DNA of 64,000 bases from an uncultured Pseudomonadota bacterium (GCA_963762485.1 CAVXLE010000004.1:112483-176482); one strand, 5' to 3'. Counted from the first letter of the stretch, positions 20,938 through 31,522 are shown. Notes: generated by a model not told the origin, from the letters alone. Translations and numbers: made by a program.

Positions 20938-23257
20938 TTATCGTACGCGCAAGGATTTGTTACAGATGTCGCCGTCCATGTCGGACGGCGACACGGAAAA
21001 TCGTTCCGTCGATCTGCGAGAGCTAGTGCAAATTCTGCGCCGGCGACGGTGGATAGTGATAATCACGACTCTTGCGGTAACAACGGGGGCAATTCTCTTC
21101 GTCCTTTTCGCTACGCCGCGCTACACGGCCACATCAACAGTCTTTATCGATCCGCATCGCAGCAGCGTTGTCGATAACAACAACAATCAATCACCCACTT
21201 ATAATCCTCCGACCGACGACGCGACCATCAACAGCCAGGTGGCGCTGATACAATCAATCACTGTATTGCAACGGGTTGTGGACGATCTGGATCTGACTCA
21301 CGATTTGGAATTCGGTCCGCACTCGAGCGTCCTTGATCCGATCAAAAAACTCTTCGCAACGAAACGGACGCTAGCGCCGGGACAAAGTGAGGAGGACGTG
21401 GCAAGGGCCGCAACGGTCGACTTCCTATTGCGACACCGATTAAAGGTTACGCGCCAGACAGCAACTTTTCTCATCGATATCAACGTCACTTCGGAAAGTG
21501 CGGAAAAGGCAGCGAAAATCGCAAATGCGATAGCCAATTCCTATTTTTATGAGCTGGTGCGCAGCAAATACGAAACGCAGAAAATTGCGGCTTCGTGGTT
21601 TAACAAGCAGGCGGAAGACCTCAGGTCTCAGATGCTGGCCTCCGACCGGGCCGTCGAAGAATTCCGTGCCACCCACAACCTGACGGCCGCGCAGGGGATC
21701 ACCATCAATGACCAGCAGCTCGGCGATCTCAATAAAAAGCTCATCGAAGCACACGTTCAAACCGCCGAGGCGCGCGCTAAATTTGAGCAGGTTCAGAATA
21801 TCGCCAAGACGAAAGCGGATCCGGGCACACTAAGCCAGGCTTTGTCGTCGGAGGTTATTGGGCGATTGCGAGCTCAATACGCGGATGTGGCGAAGAACTT
21901 CGCTGATGTATCGAGCAAATTCAGTGCGCAACATCCACAAGTAGTGAATGCGAGAGCCCAGTTGCGCGAGACGCAAAAACTGATCAATGAAGAAGTCCAG
22001 CGAATTCTAGAAAGCGCGCGGCAGGATATGGAAGTAGCGCAGTCGGGGGAAGACGTACTGCAGAAGAGCCTCGACAATCTCAAGCGTGTTTCTAGTGAAT
22101 CTGGAAATGATCAAGTGCGGTTGCGCGAGCTTCAGCGCGAGGCAGATGCTAATCGAACGCTCTACGCATCTTTTCTCACTCGTTACAAGGAAACGAGCGC
22201 ACAGGAAAGCGTGGATTTACCGGACTCTCGGATTGTTTCAAAAGCGGATATTCCCGCAAGTCCGTCGTTCCCAAAGACACTTCTCATCCTTGCGCTCGCA
22301 TTGGCCGGGGGTGTCATCTGTGGGAGCCTGCTCGCGTTTGCGGTCGAACGTTTAGACCGGCGGGTCAAGTCGCTTCGGCAGGCTGAAGAAGTCACCGGCG
22401 TTCCGACGCTCGCCGCGATTCCACTCATTGGCCCGCGGGAACTTGCCCGCCGCGCGATACGCGGCCGGGCGGAATTAGACCAGTATGACCCCAACGCAAC
22501 GGGGATGCTTCCGCCAGCGATGCAACCGCCGTTAACGCGGTATGTCCTGGACGAACCGACTTCGTTGTTTGCGGAGTCGGTACGTGCCGTTCGTCTCGCC
22601 ATTCAGCGCGCATCTCGTACTTCATCCGTCAAAACGGTCGTTGTCTCATCCTCCATTGACGGGGAAGGCAAGACGACACTGGCAGTGAATTTGGCGCGGT
22701 CGCTTGCGACTCTGGGGATGCGGACGATTTTGGTTGACGGCGATTTGCGGAATCCCGAAATGAGTCGGTCGCTGTGTCCCCAAGTGAGTATGGGTGCAAT
22801 CGACGTTGCCGCCGGTCGGGCCCGTTTCGAACAGGCATTGCTTTTCGATCGTGCTACGGGCCTTGCAGTGCTTCCGTCACCCCCGCGGCAGGCAACAGCG
22901 GGTGACGTAGAATTTGTCTTTTCCACCGGGATGAGCACGATCCTCGATCAACTGCGGCAGCATTTCGATTACGTCATTGTCGATTCGCCGCCAATAATTC
23001 CCTTGGTTGACGCGCGCGCTTTAGCAGAGATCGCGGACCGCATCATTCTCACTATCCGCTGGGACAGCACGCCCCAAGATGTCGTCGCGCAAGCGTTGGA
23101 GGCATTGGCTCCCACCTATGATCGCTTGCTCGGTACTGTTCTTACACGCGTCGATATGCACCGACTGCGCTTTTACGATTTCTATCGAAGCTCTTCCTAC
23201 CTGACACCATATTCCTATCTTGGGCAGCCGCGCGCGGAGGTCGGAGTACAAAAATGA
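20918..23257 (+). CDS. Polysaccharide co-polymerase / tyrosine autokinase (Wzc/ExoP/GumC)
   Basis: Wzz N-terminus, coiled coil, TM, Walker A GEGKTT, VDGDLR, IVDSPP and a C-terminal Tyr cluster. Confidence 0.93.
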   Translation: MLQPISDYRTRKDLLQMSPSMSDGDTENRSVDLRELVQILRRRRWIVIITTLAVTTGAILFVLFATPRYTATSTVFIDPHRSSVVDNNNNQSPTYNPPTDDATINSQVALIQSITVLQRVVDDLDLTHDLEFGPHSSVLDPIKKLFATKRTLAPGQSEEDVARAATVDFLLRHRLKVTRQTATFLIDINVTSESAEKAAKIANAIANSYFYELVRSKYETQKIAASWFNKQAEDLRSQMLASDRAVEEFRATHNLTAAQGITINDQQLGDLNKKLIEAHVQTAEARAKFEQVQNIAKTKADPGTLSQALSSEVIGRLRAQYADVAKNFADVSSKFSAQHPQVVNARAQLRETQKLINEEVQRILESARQDMEVAQSGEDVLQKSLDNLKRVSSESGNDQVRLRELQREADANRTLYASFLTRYKETSAQESVDLPDSRIVSKADIPASPSFPKTLLILALALAGGVICGSLLAFAVERLDRRVKSLRQAEEVTGVPTLAAIPLIGPRELARRAIRGRAELDQYDPNATGMLPPAMQPPLTRYVLDEPTSLFAESVRAVRLAIQRASRTSSVKTVVVSSSIDGEGKTTLAVNLARSLATLGMRTILVDGDLRNPEMSRSLCPQVSMGAIDVAAGRARFEQALLFDRATGLAVLPSPPRQATAGDVEFVFSTGMSTILDQLRQHFDYVIVDSPPIIPLVDARALAEIADRIILTIRWDSTPQDVVAQALEALAPTYDRLLGTVLTRVDMHRLRFYDFYRSSSYLTPYSYLGQPRAEVGVQK

Positions 23258-23658
23258 AATTGATCATCGCGCTATTGGTGGTTCTTGGTCTCGTCGGTCC
23301 GGCATCGGCGGAGAGTTGTAGCAAAAGCCGCGAATACGTCTTGGAAGGCCTTGCAGGGGACTTAACAAAGCCCGCGGCAAGCTATCAGGATTTGTTCAAG
23401 GTCTGCGTCGAAGCACTGACATTGGTCAACGTGAAGGACGCATTTGTTTTGAAAGATGGCGCTATCGCGATTCTTCCCAGGAGCAACGCCGTATTCGCGA
23501 CAGCCGAAACGCTTGCTCAATTTTGCCAGCGTTTTCCTAACGGCTTTGTCCGCTTCCTCACCCCACAAGAACAAAGGAAGGCCCGCTCGATCGGATTTGT
23601 TGCTTTATTGTCCTCAAGCGGCGCGACGCCGTGTGCAAAAATCCGCGGCATGACGTGA
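23254..23658 (+). CDS. Small secreted hypothetical protein with four Cys
   Basis: Signal peptide MKLIIALLVVLGLVGPASA; ATGA overlap with the wzc stop. Confidence 0.75.
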   Translation: MKLIIALLVVLGLVGPASAESCSKSREYVLEGLAGDLTKPAASYQDLFKVCVEALTLVNVKDAFVLKDGAIAILPRSNAVFATAETLAQFCQRFPNGFVRFLTPQEQRKARSIGFVALLSSSGATPCAKIRGMT

Positions 23659-23675
23659 GGGGAGTATTGGTGTCA

Positions 23676-24233
23676 ATGACTGCCATGTCACCGCAATCAG
23701 GTGTTGTCGGCGCGAGCTTATATAATATGCCCGCCGACGCTCGCTGGTATGTGGTGCACACGCAGCCACGTGCCGAGAGCCGGGCGGTCTATCACCTCGA
23801 AATGCAGAGCTTTCGAGTATTGTGCCCGCGTTTTCGAAAAACTGTGCGTCATGCCCGCAAGGCAAAGAGAGTGCTCGCTCCTTTGTTCCCTAATTACCTT
23901 TTTGTGCATTTGGACCTTTCGCGCGATCAATGGCGAAGCATTAACGGCACTCGCGGCGTCCTTTACCTTTTGATGCAGGGGGGGCGACCGCAACCGGTCC
24001 CGAACGGCATTGTTGATAGCCTGCAAGCGCGAATGCGTACTGATGGCACTGTAGACTGGACGCATACATTCGAGGTTGGTCGAACGGTTCGTATTGCGGA
24101 TGGTCCGTTCGCAGAGTTTTTGGGAACGCTTGAGTATCTAGATACAGCAGGCCGCGTTCGTGTGCTGCTCGATCTGCTTGGGCGTTCGGTTACTGTGACT
24201 TTGCGTTGCGAAGGCCTGTTGCCTGCGACGTGA
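23676..24233 (+). CDS. rfaH: RfaH/NusG-paralogue transcription antiterminator
   Basis: RWYVVHTQPRAE, PLFPNYLFV and WRSINGTRGV (NGN domain); KOW motif VRIADGPFAEFLG; GGGGAG before ATG 23676; start approximate. Confidence 0.85.
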   Translation: MTAMSPQSGVVGASLYNMPADARWYVVHTQPRAESRAVYHLEMQSFRVLCPRFRKTVRHARKAKRVLAPLFPNYLFVHLDLSRDQWRSINGTRGVLYLLMQGGRPQPVPNGIVDSLQARMRTDGTVDWTHTFEVGRTVRIADGPFAEFLGTLEYLDTAGRVRVLLDLLGRSVTVTLRCEGLLPAT

Positions 24234-24272
24234 CGCGAAAGCGTAAGTGTTGCGGGTCGATAAGCTCACGCC

Positions 24273-24309
24273 GGGTGAAACGTCGTTTCACCCTAACTGC
24301 GGTAGCGTG
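24273..24309 (+). promoter_or_regulatory. Hairpin plus ops-like element (JUMPstart-like RfaH loading site)
   Basis: GGGTGAAAC-GTC-GTTTCACCC (24273-24293), then TGCGGTAGCGTG (24298-24309), 11/12 identical to E. coli ops GGCGGTAGCGTG. Confidence 0.7.
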
Positions 24310-24443
24310 GCAAAATGCAAATAAGAACCCCTCAATTCCGGCACGCCACGCGAATTGCTTCTTCCCGAACTTTAGTTCGTAGCCATCAAAAAACGAACTT
24401 TCAAAGCAACATCTGCAGGAAAAACGGCGCCCGTAGAGATAAT

Positions 24444-25673
24444 ATGAGGATACTTTCTGTAATCTCATGTTACCCGCCCCATGCGATTGGGGGCGCGGAA
24501 TTCGCCGCAGTCAATTTGAATCAATGGCTGGTTGATCAAGGCTACCAGGTGGCCGTAGTCACGTCTTGTGAAGAGGGAGAAGAAGAACTTTTCGGCGAGC
24601 GAGTGAACGGCGTTCGGGTTTGGCGCCTTAGGTGGCCGCGCAATCACACACTCAGGCGCCATAACGCCGCGACGCACAGCCAAAAGATAATTTGGCAACT
24701 ACAGGATCATTTTGATCCGAGAAACCGAAAGTTGATGGCGCGTGTGTTGGACGAATTTCGTCCTGACTTTACACTCATTCATGTCGTAACCGGACTAGGA
24801 TACAATAGCCTCTATGAAATTGGCGCCAGAGATATTCCTTCAATCTATTTCATGCATGACCCTAACCTGATCTGCGCCAAGGCGTCGATGTTCAAAAATG
24901 GAAAGGAGTGTGCCTCCCAGTGCTTCCAATGCAAACTCGTTGGCCAGGTTCGGTTTTCTGCTGTAACAAGTATTCGGCGAGTTGCATTCGTTTCCCCGTC
25001 TCGAGCGAACTTGGCTTTGGCGTCTCGCTTTCACCCCTTAGATAATTATTTAACGGCCACCATCCTCAACGCGACCAAGTATGCCATCGGCAAAGTCCCG
25101 CGGGAGAATGCAGGACACTTGCGCATTCTTTTTGCGGGCCGACTCCACGACAACAAGGGCATAAGGGTACTGCTGACGGCGCTCGAGCAAATCGTGGCAA
25201 GCCGTCCATTTAAGATAACTATTCTTGGGAGCGGCCCCCACGAGGCGCGTTTGCGTGCTGATTTTCAACATTATGCATGGTGCGAATTCTGCGGTCGCGT
25301 TTCAGAAAGCGAGGTCGCAAACCGAATTGCCAACAGCGATGTGCTGTGCGTGCCTTCGATTGCACGCGAGAACTCGCCCGGCGTCATCATCCATGCCTTA
25401 TCGAAAGGTTTGCCGGTAATTGCGAGCGCACAAGGCGGCATTCCAGAATTGGTTCACAACGACAAGAATGGCTTGTTATTGACCGCGGGTGATGTAGCTA
25501 CGTGGCACAAGGCGCTTGCAGACATTATCGAAGATCCTTCGCCCCTTGAAAGATGGCGAATATATGCGGACGCGCATGCGCAGGATTTCGATCAGGATAA
25601 CTTGGGTCGGAAGCTTCTTGCCCTGATGGAAAATACAGTCAATCAACATGGCTGTCATCGGCAGGCCGCCTAA
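24444..25673 (+). CDS. Glycosyltransferase family 4
   Basis: YPPHAIGGAE, FAGRLHDNKG, ENSPGVIIHALSKGLPVIAS..GGIPE. Confidence 0.9.
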   Translation: MRILSVISCYPPHAIGGAEFAAVNLNQWLVDQGYQVAVVTSCEEGEEELFGERVNGVRVWRLRWPRNHTLRRHNAATHSQKIIWQLQDHFDPRNRKLMARVLDEFRPDFTLIHVVTGLGYNSLYEIGARDIPSIYFMHDPNLICAKASMFKNGKECASQCFQCKLVGQVRFSAVTSIRRVAFVSPSRANLALASRFHPLDNYLTATILNATKYAIGKVPRENAGHLRILFAGRLHDNKGIRVLLTALEQIVASRPFKITILGSGPHEARLRADFQHYAWCEFCGRVSESEVANRIANSDVLCVPSIARENSPGVIIHALSKGLPVIASAQGGIPELVHNDKNGLLLTAGDVATWHKALADIIEDPSPLERWRIYADAHAQDFDQDNLGRKLLALMENTVNQHGCHRQAA

Positions 25674-25728
25674 TGTGGTGCCCAATGGTGATTTCATTTC
25701 GTCGGTCTTCTTGTAGAAGAATGGACCC

Positions 25729-27153
25729 ATGTCTGTAGGTTCCGACAGTGCGATCTTCCGAGAGCCACCGCATCCTGCGTTCGCACTTGTTGCTGGAGGC
25801 GGCCGCACGGTGTGGCAAATTCTGCAGCGCGGTGACCGAAAACTTGCATTGCCCGATTATGGTCAATTGGCGGCTGCGGCGGCATACCTGTTCTTTCTAA
25901 AAGAGGTTTTTGGAGGCATCTTCCGTTTTGTTACCGTCCACACCGGATTGCTTTTTCTCAATTATGTGCCCCCGCTCCTGACAATTTTTGCACTCGCGAG
26001 CTTTTATATCCACGTCTTCAAAGTGGAGCGCATTCACTATCTTATGGTGTGGTTCACCTTGCTGGCTGGTGTATTTGTCTCATACGCTTTTGTGAATGAA
26101 ATTCCATCGCTTCAAAGTGCAGTCGGCTTTTATATCTGGCTCCCCTTCATAGCCGGGCTATTACTGAGCCTTCAACGCAATGAGCAAGTGTTGTTTAAAT
26201 CCATGCTGGCGCTTTGGTGCATGGCAGTTGTGGGGGTATTGATAAACAGCATTGTAGACTTTCCATGGGCTGGCGCTTCCTACGAAGTTCTGGGTGTGCC
26301 GCGAGAAATAGCGCGCAAATGGTCTTATCTCGGCTTCGATCGGATTGCTGGATTTGGACGCGCGAGCTTCGCTGCAGCGTATATGATTCTTTTTTACTCT
26401 TGTTGCATTCTGGTTTCGCACAAATATTCTTTGGTTGTCCGGTGGAGCTGTTATCTCATTTCTGGTTACGCTTTGTTTCTAACAACTAGTAAGAGTCCAA
26501 TACTTATTTGGGCTATAATACCATTTTTCTTATCAATTTATGAGGCTACCGGGAGTGTTTTTGGCCGACACTCGCTCGTCTCCTACTATTGGGCTAAATC
26601 AACGATAATATTTCTGCTTGTTCTTTTGATAGGCCTACCGCTTTGGGGCAATATCCCCGACGTCGCGCAAAATCGTCTACAGATTTATTTCTTTACATTC
26701 ACGTCATTGGCGGACCGAATGCAAATAACGTGGCCTGATGCTTTTACGTTGCTTTCGCACGGAGGAAATATACTCCTGGGACGGGGAGTTGGTGGGATTG
26801 GCACGCCTCAGCAATTTTACGAGACCGATCTATACAACTACGCAGACAATCTTTTTGTTTATCTATATGTGTCAACCGGCATTGTGGGCGTCATAGCGAT
26901 ATTCTCAGCCCTCACTGCAAATCTCAAAGCGACCTTTATTTTTAACCGTCAGAGATTTAAAGAGACATACATCCTTCTTTTTTATCTTCTTGGCCTGGGC
27001 ATAAGTGTCAATATAATTGACGGGCCTGCCCAAGCTCTTCTTCTCGGTCTGCTTGTCGGCCGGGGGTTGACTGAACGTCGGCTAAAAAAAGGCGCTAAGG
27101 CGGCCGTCGCGTTGGCGTCGAATGTCCGCCGTCGTTATGCAATTGCCGTCTAA
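25729..27153 (+). CDS. Putative Wzy polysaccharide polymerase (multi-pass membrane protein)
   Basis: Many TM helices; late loop with LLGRGVGGIG...YADN; position in a Wzx/Wzc cluster; start uncertain. Confidence 0.65.
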   Translation: MSVGSDSAIFREPPHPAFALVAGGGRTVWQILQRGDRKLALPDYGQLAAAAAYLFFLKEVFGGIFRFVTVHTGLLFLNYVPPLLTIFALASFYIHVFKVERIHYLMVWFTLLAGVFVSYAFVNEIPSLQSAVGFYIWLPFIAGLLLSLQRNEQVLFKSMLALWCMAVVGVLINSIVDFPWAGASYEVLGVPREIARKWSYLGFDRIAGFGRASFAAAYMILFYSCCILVSHKYSLVVRWSCYLISGYALFLTTSKSPILIWAIIPFFLSIYEATGSVFGRHSLVSYYWAKSTIIFLLVLLIGLPLWGNIPDVAQNRLQIYFFTFTSLADRMQITWPDAFTLLSHGGNILLGRGVGGIGTPQQFYETDLYNYADNLFVYLYVSTGIVGVIAIFSALTANLKATFIFNRQRFKETYILLFYLLGLGISVNIIDGPAQALLLGLLVGRGLTERRLKKGAKAAVALASNVRRRYAIAV

Positions 27154-27406
27154 TCGATCAACAGCAATTCTGGTCTATATCAAGGTGCTGGGCCCAATTG
27201 TCACCTTCGACCGCCGAACACTGTAGAAGTCAGTTTTTTGAAAGTGTCTAACCAGAGAAAGTCCTTGGCTAACGTCGAGTGAGCCTTCCCCCTAAGGCGC
27301 TTGCATGGCAACCAATGTCGCTGGGCACTGGTTTACCAACGTTGCTTACGCAGACTGGCCAATCAACCTCCGAAAAAACATGCGCGTCCGAGGAGCATCA
27401 AAGTCA

Positions 27407-28342
27407 ATGTTCTGCCCCAAGATCTCCGTGATCGTGCCGATCTACAACCGTGTCGACTTAATTAAAAGATCCATCGAATCGATACTTGAGCAAACCTATC
27501 CTGCTCACGAGATAATTGTGGTGGACGATGCCTCGACCGATGGTTCGCCGGACGCCGCGGAATCTATTGTCAATGAATGCATCAAGGTGATCCGATGTAA
27601 GCAAAATCGCGGGGGAGCCGCCGCGCGAAACGTCGGCATTGATGCGGCCCAAGGCGACTATATCGCTTTCCTGGATTCAGACGACACCTGGCTTCCCGAC
27701 AAGCTCATGCAACAGATCAAGAGTCTAAACACTGTCGACGAGAAAGAGCGCACGATATGTTATACCAACTTAGAAATCATCACACAGCGATCGCGCAAGA
27801 TTTGGAATAAGAAATTATACGACAGCAGTGAAAATATTTCTGACTATCTGATCTCAGAATCCCAGGCAATGCAAACATCCACGCTTCTCATGAGCGCCGT
27901 TCTCGCTCGCGAAATACGTTTCGATGAGAGACTTCGCAATCACCAAGACTGGGATTTTATTTTTCGCGCCAAGACAGCGGGTGCCAAATTTCTGGGAACG
28001 TTATCCGTTCTTGTGCACTACGAGAACAGTTTCAAGGCCGGGCGGATTTCATCCAAAAAGGGAACAGCCGACTCTTTATTCTGGCTTGAACTGGCAGCGC
28101 CAATGATGACAGAAAGAGCCTTGGCCACATTTTATGCGGGGGTCATATTTCCACGGATGGGGAAGGATCAAGCAGCCGTAGCATGGCGCGGTTTGGCGAA
28201 AGCAGCCTTCTTTAGACGCGTTCATTTCGACCTCATACTACGAGTTGCCATGGAACGACTGTTGTCGACAGCTGCGCTCAATGCTTTGCGAGCAACAAAG
28301 AGAATGCTTCTGCCAAATAAGGTGGTCGGCTACGAAAAATAA
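27407..28342 (+). CDS. Glycosyltransferase family 2
   Basis: ISVIVPIYNR, VVDDASTD, AFLDSDD; AGGAG upstream of ATG 27407. Confidence 0.9.
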   Translation: MFCPKISVIVPIYNRVDLIKRSIESILEQTYPAHEIIVVDDASTDGSPDAAESIVNECIKVIRCKQNRGGAAARNVGIDAAQGDYIAFLDSDDTWLPDKLMQQIKSLNTVDEKERTICYTNLEIITQRSRKIWNKKLYDSSENISDYLISESQAMQTSTLLMSAVLAREIRFDERLRNHQDWDFIFRAKTAGAKFLGTLSVLVHYENSFKAGRISSKKGTADSLFWLELAAPMMTERALATFYAGVIFPRMGKDQAAVAWRGLAKAAFFRRVHFDLILRVAMERLLSTAALNALRATKRMLLPNKVVGYEK

Positions 28343-28402
28343 TCATGGTCGGCTTGAGGTATTAAAATAAACTCGCAGCTGACAATTTGTTTGGCCTAAC
28401 CA

Positions 28403-29479
28403 ATGTCGTCTCCTCGACTGACGGTTCTCGCTGATATGCGATGGCCTCTGCAGACGGGAATTGGCGAGGTTCAAGATGCCTATATATCTCGTAAACCCGA
28501 CGACATTTTGCTTGTCGACCTCAAGGTCAAGGGGAGAATTGGGAGTCCGCTGTCCCCGCTTTTCATTACCTTGGCATTATGGCGCGCCAGGCAATCTGAT
28601 GCCTTGTTCTGGAGTGCGGGATTCGTCCCGCCGATATTCGGCTGCCGGCGTTCGTTAGTATTCGTTCACGATCTGACACATATTAAATATTACAACAGCG
28701 CCCGTCGGATTTACTACAATATCGTCCTGAAAGCCCTTTATCGCAGATGTGCCGCAATCGTCTGCGTGTCCGAATATACGCGGTCCGAGTTCTTGGCTTG
28801 GTCAAAAGTAGATCCCGCAAAGGTTTACGTACTAAAGAATGGTGTGCCGAAGCAATTCATCGAGAACAAGCTTTCGTCCATCCTTCCATATAAATACGTT
28901 CTATATCCAGGTAATCATAGGCCACACAAAAATCTACGTCGCCTTATTCAGGGTTTTGCAAAGTCGGGCATATCGAGATTTGGGTTTCATTTAGTCATCA
29001 CTGGCAACGAAAATTCCGAACTCAATCCGCTGATTCAAGATAGCGGCCTCGACGGCTATGTTCACTTTCTTGGCGTTGTACCTGCGGACGAGATCGCAAA
29101 GTTATACCGCGGCGCGGAAGCCATCGCGTTCGTTTCCTTAGATGAAGGTTTTGGTCTTCCTATTCTCGAGGGGATGGCATCAGATGTTCCCGTGCTCACG
29201 TCAGAAATCGCTGCGATGCCGGAAGTGGCTGGGGACGCTGCACTAACTGTCAATCCGCTTTCGGTTAACGACATTGCGGATGCCCTGCATAGAATCACAT
29301 CTGATACGGCTCTGCGACAGCTGCTCATAAAAAAAGGCCGCATTCGGACCAAGCTGTTTGATTGGGACCGTTCTGCCGCGGCGTTTTGGCAACTCATGCG
29401 GAACTTACAAGAGAACCTGCCTACTAAATCTTCTCAGAGGTCTTGGTGGCGACAAGTTAGCCATGGCGACGTCACATAA
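28403..29479 (+). CDS. Glycosyltransferase family 4 (mannosyltransferase-like)
   Basis: VHDL, PHKNLRRLI, EGFGLPILEGMA (EX7E). Confidence 0.9.
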   Translation: MSSPRLTVLADMRWPLQTGIGEVQDAYISRKPDDILLVDLKVKGRIGSPLSPLFITLALWRARQSDALFWSAGFVPPIFGCRRSLVFVHDLTHIKYYNSARRIYYNIVLKALYRRCAAIVCVSEYTRSEFLAWSKVDPAKVYVLKNGVPKQFIENKLSSILPYKYVLYPGNHRPHKNLRRLIQGFAKSGISRFGFHLVITGNENSELNPLIQDSGLDGYVHFLGVVPADEIAKLYRGAEAIAFVSLDEGFGLPILEGMASDVPVLTSEIAAMPEVAGDAALTVNPLSVNDIADALHRITSDTALRQLLIKKGRIRTKLFDWDRSAAAFWQLMRNLQENLPTKSSQRSWWRQVSHGDVT

Positions 29480-29501
29480 GGCTACAAAGTGAAAGCATGC
29501 C

Positions 29502-30401
29502 GTGGCTATTTCGCCACTATGGTGTGCACAGCTGGCATCAAGCAAACAGATGTACTTCGAAGTGAGCGATGGACTGGCAAAAGAGTTACAGATCCGTGAC
29601 TCGATGAAGGATGAGCTGTTCCAAAAACTGGATTTATCTGACAGTCTAGAAAGTTGGACATTGCGAAGTAACAAGGGCCTCATTGTTGAGCAGACCAAAC
29701 GCATTGCCCGCCTCTTGCCTCCAAAGGCGCGGGTTTTGGATGTCGGATTCGGATCTGGATTTTCTTCGTTGGAGCTTGGACGACAGGGATTTCTGGTTAC
29801 GGGAGTCGAGCCATCGATAACCAACATTGAAATAGCAACCGGGGCGGCCAAGAAATTTGGAATTAATTTTACGGGGGCACATGCAACGGCTGAGGAAATG
29901 AGCGGGTTTGTGACCGGCGCCTTTGACGCGGTCTATTTTAACAGTAGCCTTCATCACTGCGATGATCCGTGTGCCGCGCTGCGAAATGCCTACGCGCTAC
30001 TCGACAGGGGTGGAATTGTAATATTCATCGAGCCGACGCTTAAGCCTTGGCGAAGCAAAAGCTGGTTTTTCAGGCAACTCGAAAATAATCCGATAGGTAT
30101 GGCCCATTACGGAGGCAACGAACATATTTATTACAATTGGGAATACGAACGGATGCTTCGCCACGCCGGATTTACTGACATTACTTACTCGTCGCTTTTT
30201 GCGGAGATGGATCCAAGACAAATGATTGTTGCAAAAATTCAATCGAAGATGGCCGGCGTGTATACACACAGCATGTTCGAAATAGCGATACGTACAGTAT
30301 ATTATGCGGCAATCGAGAAAGTCGCTCACACGAAAATATTCAGTACTTTTTACAAGTGGCTTTCCCTTGGCGACGGTCTATGGGTCGCTAAACGCATTTA
30401 G
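29502..30401 (+). CDS. Class I SAM-dependent methyltransferase
   Basis: VLDVGFGSG motif I; FDAVYFNSSLHH; start uncertain. Confidence 0.85.
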   Translation: MAISPLWCAQLASSKQMYFEVSDGLAKELQIRDSMKDELFQKLDLSDSLESWTLRSNKGLIVEQTKRIARLLPPKARVLDVGFGSGFSSLELGRQGFLVTGVEPSITNIEIATGAAKKFGINFTGAHATAEEMSGFVTGAFDAVYFNSSLHHCDDPCAALRNAYALLDRGGIVIFIEPTLKPWRSKSWFFRQLENNPIGMAHYGGNEHIYYNWEYERMLRHAGFTDITYSSLFAEMDPRQMIVAKIQSKMAGVYTHSMFEIAIRTVYYAAIEKVAHTKIFSTFYKWLSLGDGLWVAKRI

Positions 30402-30456
30402 AGCCACGTAGCCCAAGCGTCGGACAGAAGTCGTAGGACGAAGTTGGCATTGCCTC

Positions 30457-30909
30457 TTGTTTAGGAAAATTAAGAGACTTCTACGCTTCTATCAGTACCG
30501 GTTATTCGGCATTGATGCTGGACTCGGAACGACGATCGATCGGAGCGTCAGAATTCGCCACGGCAGAAATGTCAGATTTGGTATTGATTGTTACGTGAAT
30601 CGAGATTGCTGTTTTGACTTAACCGGCGATATTTGGATTGGAAATAACGTGGTGATAGGGCACGGCGTTACATTTATCACGGCAACTCATCAAATTGGAC
30701 CAGCCTCAAGGCGTGCCGGGAAAGTGGAGGGTTCTTCAATTACTGTGGAAGATGGTGCGTGGATTGGTGCGAATGCGACCGTGTTGCCAGGCATTACCAT
30801 TGCTACCGGATCGATAGTCGCCGCCGGTGCGGTCGTGACCAGGTGTGTGCCTGCAAATACACTAGTTGCCGGTATTCCCGCGAAGATCGTTCGGACGCTC
30901 TTAGATTAA
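30457..30909 (+). CDS. Hexapeptide-repeat (LbH) O-acetyltransferase
   Basis: VEDGAWIGANATVLPGITI...VAAGAVVT...VAGIPAK. Confidence 0.9.
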   Translation: MFRKIKRLLRFYQYRLFGIDAGLGTTIDRSVRIRHGRNVRFGIDCYVNRDCCFDLTGDIWIGNNVVIGHGVTFITATHQIGPASRRAGKVEGSSITVEDGAWIGANATVLPGITIATGSIVAAGAVVTRCVPANTLVAGIPAKIVRTLLD

Positions 30910-30946
30910 ACAGCGCCTACGGCTTGGGATTACTCACCTCAACTAA

Positions 30947-31342
30947 TTGACCAACTTGGCCCCTTATCCAGTGAAGTTGCGCTTGAGCATACAAATTCGC
31001 GAACCTGGTCCGCAATTTTCGATACTTGTCCTTATTGCAGCGCTCGGCCTCGGTGTTGTGGGCTCCGCGGTTGCGCAGCGAGCCACATCGATCACCATCA
31101 CGATCAAGGGAGGGCAGTTTCAACCGCATGTAATTCGTGCCAAGGCCGGCAGTTCCTTCACTCTGCGACTGCGAAACCTTGATTCGATGCCGGTTGAATT
31201 TTCCTGTCGAGCACTGCGCGCGAGCGCGCTGGTTTCGCCGAATACGAGTGAGATCGTGGAGGTCGTCGCAACGCTGCCTGGGCGTTACACGTTCATCGAT
31301 GTGGCGCGCACTGCGAATCAGGGCGTTCTAATACTGGAATAG
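30947..31342 (+). CDS. Cupredoxin-domain protein (EfeO N-domain-like), exported
   Basis: Hydrophobic signal; ITITIKGGQFQP, LRNLD...EF, LPGRYTF..., QGVLILE; start uncertain. Confidence 0.65.
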   Translation: MTNLAPYPVKLRLSIQIREPGPQFSILVLIAALGLGVVGSAVAQRATSITITIKGGQFQPHVIRAKAGSSFTLRLRNLDSMPVEFSCRALRASALVSPNTSEIVEVVATLPGRYTFIDVARTANQGVLILE

Positions 31343-31522
31343 CAATGCGTTGTGTTTCCTTTTCCTATGAATGGCTTCGGTGAAATGGTTGTAGATCTTC
31401 AGGTGCGTAGTATCACCAAGACCACCTGCCCGAAACGGCAGGAATACCCTGCGGCGATCTCTCCGATCGCGCGTTTCGATGAGGCAATTTTGATGATTCG
31501 GTACCTCGCTCACTAATTTCGT

